64,000 nt of DNA. Origin: an uncultured Candidatus Binatia bacterium. Lineage in GTDB: Bacteria; Desulfobacterota; Binatia; UBA9968; JAJDTQ01. A program made the position numbers and the translations under genes. The notes beneath the pieces were generated by a model that ran no database searches, was not told the DNA's origin, and saw nothing but the letters and a program-made list of their open reading frames with translations. The DNA lies in NCBI GenBank assembly GCA_965242525.1, contig OZ251459.1:1-64000 (forward strand), read 5' to 3'. Shown piece by piece: positions 61,036 through 64,000 of this stretch (position 1 is the stretch's first letter; the number at the start of each line of letters is the position of its first letter).

Positions 61036-61461
61036 ATGAGGAAAGACGTTCTGAGGAAGTTCCGGGAGACCCTCCTCGGCATGAAGGGACAGTTGCTGGA
61101 GGACCTGCCGGACCGGCTCAAGCACGAGGTGGACAGGTCCAAGGACGAGGGGCGCGACACCTACGACTTGGCCAGCGACGAGCGGGACCGCGAGATCAAC
61201 ATCATACTCAACGACCGCGAGAGGACGAAGCTGATGGCCATCGAGGACGCGCTGCTTCGGCTCGGCGAGGGTTCCTACGGTATCTGTGACGAATGCGGCG
61301 AGGAGATCGGCGTGGGCCGCCTGAAGGTGATGCCGTTCACGCGGTTGTGCGTGCGCTGCCAGGAGGATCTGGAGAAAGAGTCCCGCATGATGAAGAACTC
61401 CGACGAGGACCGGACCGTTCGCCGGCTCGCGGCGGCGGACACGGAGGAGGAGAGCTACTAG
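61036..61461 (+). CDS. dksA: DksA/TraR C4 zinc-finger protein
   Basis: DTYDLA coiled-coil tip, YGICDECG...RL...P...LCVRCQE. Confidence 0.88.
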   Translation: MRKDVLRKFRETLLGMKGQLLEDLPDRLKHEVDRSKDEGRDTYDLASDERDREINIILNDRERTKLMAIEDALLRLGEGSYGICDECGEEIGVGRLKVMPFTRLCVRCQEDLEKESRMMKNSDEDRTVRRLAAADTEEESY

Positions 61462-61532
61462 CGGCTTCGGTCCTGCGGGTCTTCTCGCGCGTCCGCAAGG
61501 GGACGCCGCCATCGGGAACCGGAGGAGACGCC

Positions 61533-61931
61533 ATGAAGTATTTCTTTTCCAGGGAAGAAGCCGAGGTCGTGCGCATCGAGGGCGAGGCCCCGCGCACCCT
61601 CTACCCGTGCGTCGGGCCCGGCACCACGGGCACCCGCCGCTTCTCCATGGGCCTCCAGGAAGTGGATCCCCACAGCGAGATCCCGTTGCATTCGCACGAC
61701 GAAGCCGAGGAGATCCTCTTCGTCGTCAGCGGCCGCGGGACCGCCACCGTGGGCGGCCAGACCGCGGAGATCGTTCCTGGGTCCGTCGTGTTCATACCGC
61801 CCCGGACCAACCACGGGTTCGTCAACGCCGAAGACGAGCCGTTGTGGTTGACCTGGACCTTCTCGCCCCAGGGCTTCGAAGGCTATATCCGCGGCGTGGC
61901 CCAGGGCACCGTACAACTCAAGACCGTATAA
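61533..61931 (+). CDS. cupin domain protein
   Basis: PLHSHDEAEEILFVVSGRG, FIPPRTNHG. Confidence 0.88.
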   Translation: MKYFFSREEAEVVRIEGEAPRTLYPCVGPGTTGTRRFSMGLQEVDPHSEIPLHSHDEAEEILFVVSGRGTATVGGQTAEIVPGSVVFIPPRTNHGFVNAEDEPLWLTWTFSPQGFEGYIRGVAQGTVQLKTV

Positions 61932-61932
61932 C

Positions 61933-62751
61933 ATGCTCGACGACAGGATCGGCTTCATCGGCGCCGGCAAGATGGGCAGCGCCATCATCAAGGGCCTGCT
62001 GCAGGCGGGCTTGGTGGATCGGAGCCGGTTGGCGGCGAGCGATCCGGTGGAGGCCCTGGGAAAGGCGCTGGTGGAGGAGACCGGCGTCCGCTTCGTGCAG
62101 GACAACGTGGGCCTCGTGGCGGAGTCCGACGTCGTGGTGCTGGCGGTGAAGCCCCAGGTCATGGACGGGGTCCTGCAAGAGGTCGCCGCCGCGGGTCCCG
62201 GCGACACCCTGTTCGTGTCCATCGCCGCAGGAGTGCCGCTGAGCCGGATCGAGGGGCTTCTCCCGGAAGGCGCGCGCGTGGTCCGGGTCATGCCCAACAC
62301 GCCCTGCCTGGTGGGCCAGGCGGCCTCGGCGTACTCCGGGGGGCGGTGGGCGAAGGGCGAGGACCTGGAGCGGGTGGGCCGGATCTTCTCGAGCGTCGGG
62401 GTCGCGGTCCCGGTCGAAGAGCACCATCTGGACGCGGTGACGGCGTTGAGCGGCAGCGGCCCGGCCTATGTCTTCCTGTTCATCGAGTCCCTGGTGGCGG
62501 GCGGCGTCCGAATGGGCCTCGGCCGGGACGTGGCCCTGACCCTGGCGCTGCAAACGGTATATGGCTCCGCGGTCATGGCCCGCGGCGCAAAGGAGCACTT
62601 GGCGGAGTTGCGCGACGCCGTCACCTCTCCCGCCGGCACCACCGCGGCAGGCGTCCACGCCCTGGAGCAGGGGGCGTTCCGCGCCACGGTCATGGAAGCG
62701 GTGGAGCGGGCAACGGAACGTTCGGAGGCCCTGGGGCGCGGGGAGCGCTAG
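61933..62751 (+). CDS. proC: pyrroline-5-carboxylate reductase
   Basis: IGFIGAGKMG, AVKPQ, RVMPNTP, SGSGPAY, VTSPAGTT. Confidence 0.96.
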   Translation: MLDDRIGFIGAGKMGSAIIKGLLQAGLVDRSRLAASDPVEALGKALVEETGVRFVQDNVGLVAESDVVVLAVKPQVMDGVLQEVAAAGPGDTLFVSIAAGVPLSRIEGLLPEGARVVRVMPNTPCLVGQAASAYSGGRWAKGEDLERVGRIFSSVGVAVPVEEHHLDAVTALSGSGPAYVFLFIESLVAGGVRMGLGRDVALTLALQTVYGSAVMARGAKEHLAELRDAVTSPAGTTAAGVHALEQGAFRATVMEAVERATERSEALGRGER

Positions 62752-62792
62752 TGGCCTGCGCCGGGCCACGGTGCGGACCGGAAGCCAACGGC

Positions 62793-63704
62793 ATGACTCG
62801 CCGCCGTCGGTTCCCCGTCCGTGTTGCGCTGCTCCTGGCCTGTTTCCTGTCCGGCGCCGCGCATGCCGCACCGCCCATTCCCGACATGGAAGAGCAGGCG
62901 GAGGAGCAGGCTCCCGACATGGGGAAGCAGGCCCTCGCCAGGATCATGGAGGCCCGCGGCAGCGCCCGGGCCAAGCGCTACGTCGAGGCGCTGATCCAAC
63001 TGAACGAGGCCGTCTCGCTGGCCCGGCAGGCGGAGGACGAACTGCCGCTGGCGTTGGCGCTCCACAACATGGCGGAGGTCCGGCGCCTCCGGGGCGAGAC
63101 CCTGGAGGCCCTGAAGGCGTACCACCGGGTCCTGGAAGTCTATGCCCGCATGGGCCACGCCGCGGGCGTCGAACTGGCGCAACGGCAGATCCGCTCGCTA
63201 TCGACGGTCTTCCGGCTGCGCGAGGACCGAACGAGACCCGAGGCCGCGACCCGGCCGAAAGCCCCCCTTTCGCCCATGGAGCAGGCGGTGGAGCGTATCC
63301 GGCAACAGGCCCGGGCCCGCGGCCGGGAGGACGTTCCCGCGGCGTCCGTCGAGGTGGCCTCCCCGGACCCGCAGCCTGCGGGAGGCAACCCACGGCAGTG
63401 GGCTTACGTGGAGTCCCTCCGCAGGAAGGTCCGCGGCAGTTCCAGGTACCCCGATTTCGCCAGGCGAAGCGGCCAGCAGGGGACCGCGGCCGTCGTCTTC
63501 ACGGTCCGGGAAGACGGCAAGGTGGAAAGCCTGGAGATCCTGAAGTCCTCGGGCTTCACCGTCCTCGACGTGGAGGCCCTTCGCAACGTGAGGGAGTCCG
63601 CCCCCTTCGGTCCCGTGCCCCGCGGCCAAGCCGTTCCGGATCCCCTGACCGTTCGCCTGACCTTCCGCTACCGGCTGTCGGGCGCGGACGGCGCTTCGCC
63701 TTAG
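62793..63704 (+). CDS. exported TPR-repeat + TonB C-terminal domain protein
   Basis: Signal peptide; ALALHNMAEV TPR-like helices; YP..ARRSGQQG, SSGFTVLD.EAL..V..SAPFGPVP. Confidence 0.82.
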   Translation: MTRRRRFPVRVALLLACFLSGAAHAAPPIPDMEEQAEEQAPDMGKQALARIMEARGSARAKRYVEALIQLNEAVSLARQAEDELPLALALHNMAEVRRLRGETLEALKAYHRVLEVYARMGHAAGVELAQRQIRSLSTVFRLREDRTRPEAATRPKAPLSPMEQAVERIRQQARARGREDVPAASVEVASPDPQPAGGNPRQWAYVESLRRKVRGSSRYPDFARRSGQQGTAAVVFTVREDGKVESLEILKSSGFTVLDVEALRNVRESAPFGPVPRGQAVPDPLTVRLTFRYRLSGADGASP

Positions 63705-64000
63705 CCTCCCTCTGCACAATCGGGACAGGGGCATGAGCGCATCCTTCGACTTCGCTTCGCTACGCTCAGGATGAACGGAAGGCTCCGCTTCGCTACGCTC
63801 AGGATGAACGGAAGGCTCCGCTTCGCTACGCTCAGGATGAACGGAAGGCTTCGCTTCGCTACGCTCAGGATGAACGGAAGGCTCCGCTTCGCTACGCTCA
63901 GGACGAATGGAAGACTCCGCTTCGCTATGCTTCAGGATGAACGGAGGACTTCGCTACGCCAGGACGAACGGGGACAGGGAGGGCAGGTGAGGGAATCCAT
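63704..64000. repeat. MITE-like element with about 7 tandem 33-bp REP-like units (runs off the window)
   Basis: Degenerate left end CTCTGCACAATCGGGACA; unit CGCTTCGCTACGCTCAGGATGAACGGAAGGCTC at 63753, 63786, 63819, 63852, 63885 and 63918, plus a degenerate seventh. Confidence 0.9.

Noticed and set aside
63745-63975. Possible CRISPR array or repeat-protein gene
   Set aside because: Head-to-tail 33-bp units with no spacers; the same unit is dispersed intergenically; no RBS or start supports a gene

Overview
GC-rich bacterial chromosomal window. The gene content and style (many solute-binding proteins and molybdoenzymes, Deltaproteobacteria-like rpmE-prfA-prmC-murA-his order) suggest a Binatia/deltaproteobacterial-type genome, but this is inference only. 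It is mostly housekeeping and catabolic genes: zwf, rpmE-prfA-prmC-murA-hisDBHAF, trxB, moaC, radC, thyX, tkt-tal-rpe, tRNA-Ala(GGC), recN-nadK, hemH, plsC-rnj-ftsK-lolA, dksA and proC. Three compositionally distinct accessory inserts stand out. (1) A promoter-driven three-gene operon at 14958-17119 encodes a TIGR04255-like protein, an unknown protein and a putative ADP-ribosyltransferase-like protein. (2) An NYN nuclease gene at 24376-25074 is preceded by a near-consensus promoter and a ~65-nt structured RNA ending in a U-tract, a candidate RNA-antitoxin/nuclease module. (3) A defence islet at 46775-50517 holds a Dam-like MTase with an HNH endonuclease, an AbrB-VapC pair fused to a DUF4258/DUF2283 scar, and YhcG. 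Intergenic DNA carries a family of non-autonomous elements with IS5-like terminal inverted repeats and 4-bp target duplications that enclose an expandable 33-bp REP-like unit, plus a 58-bp tandem array. No CRISPR array was found. All family assignments come from motif recognition by eye; no searches were run.
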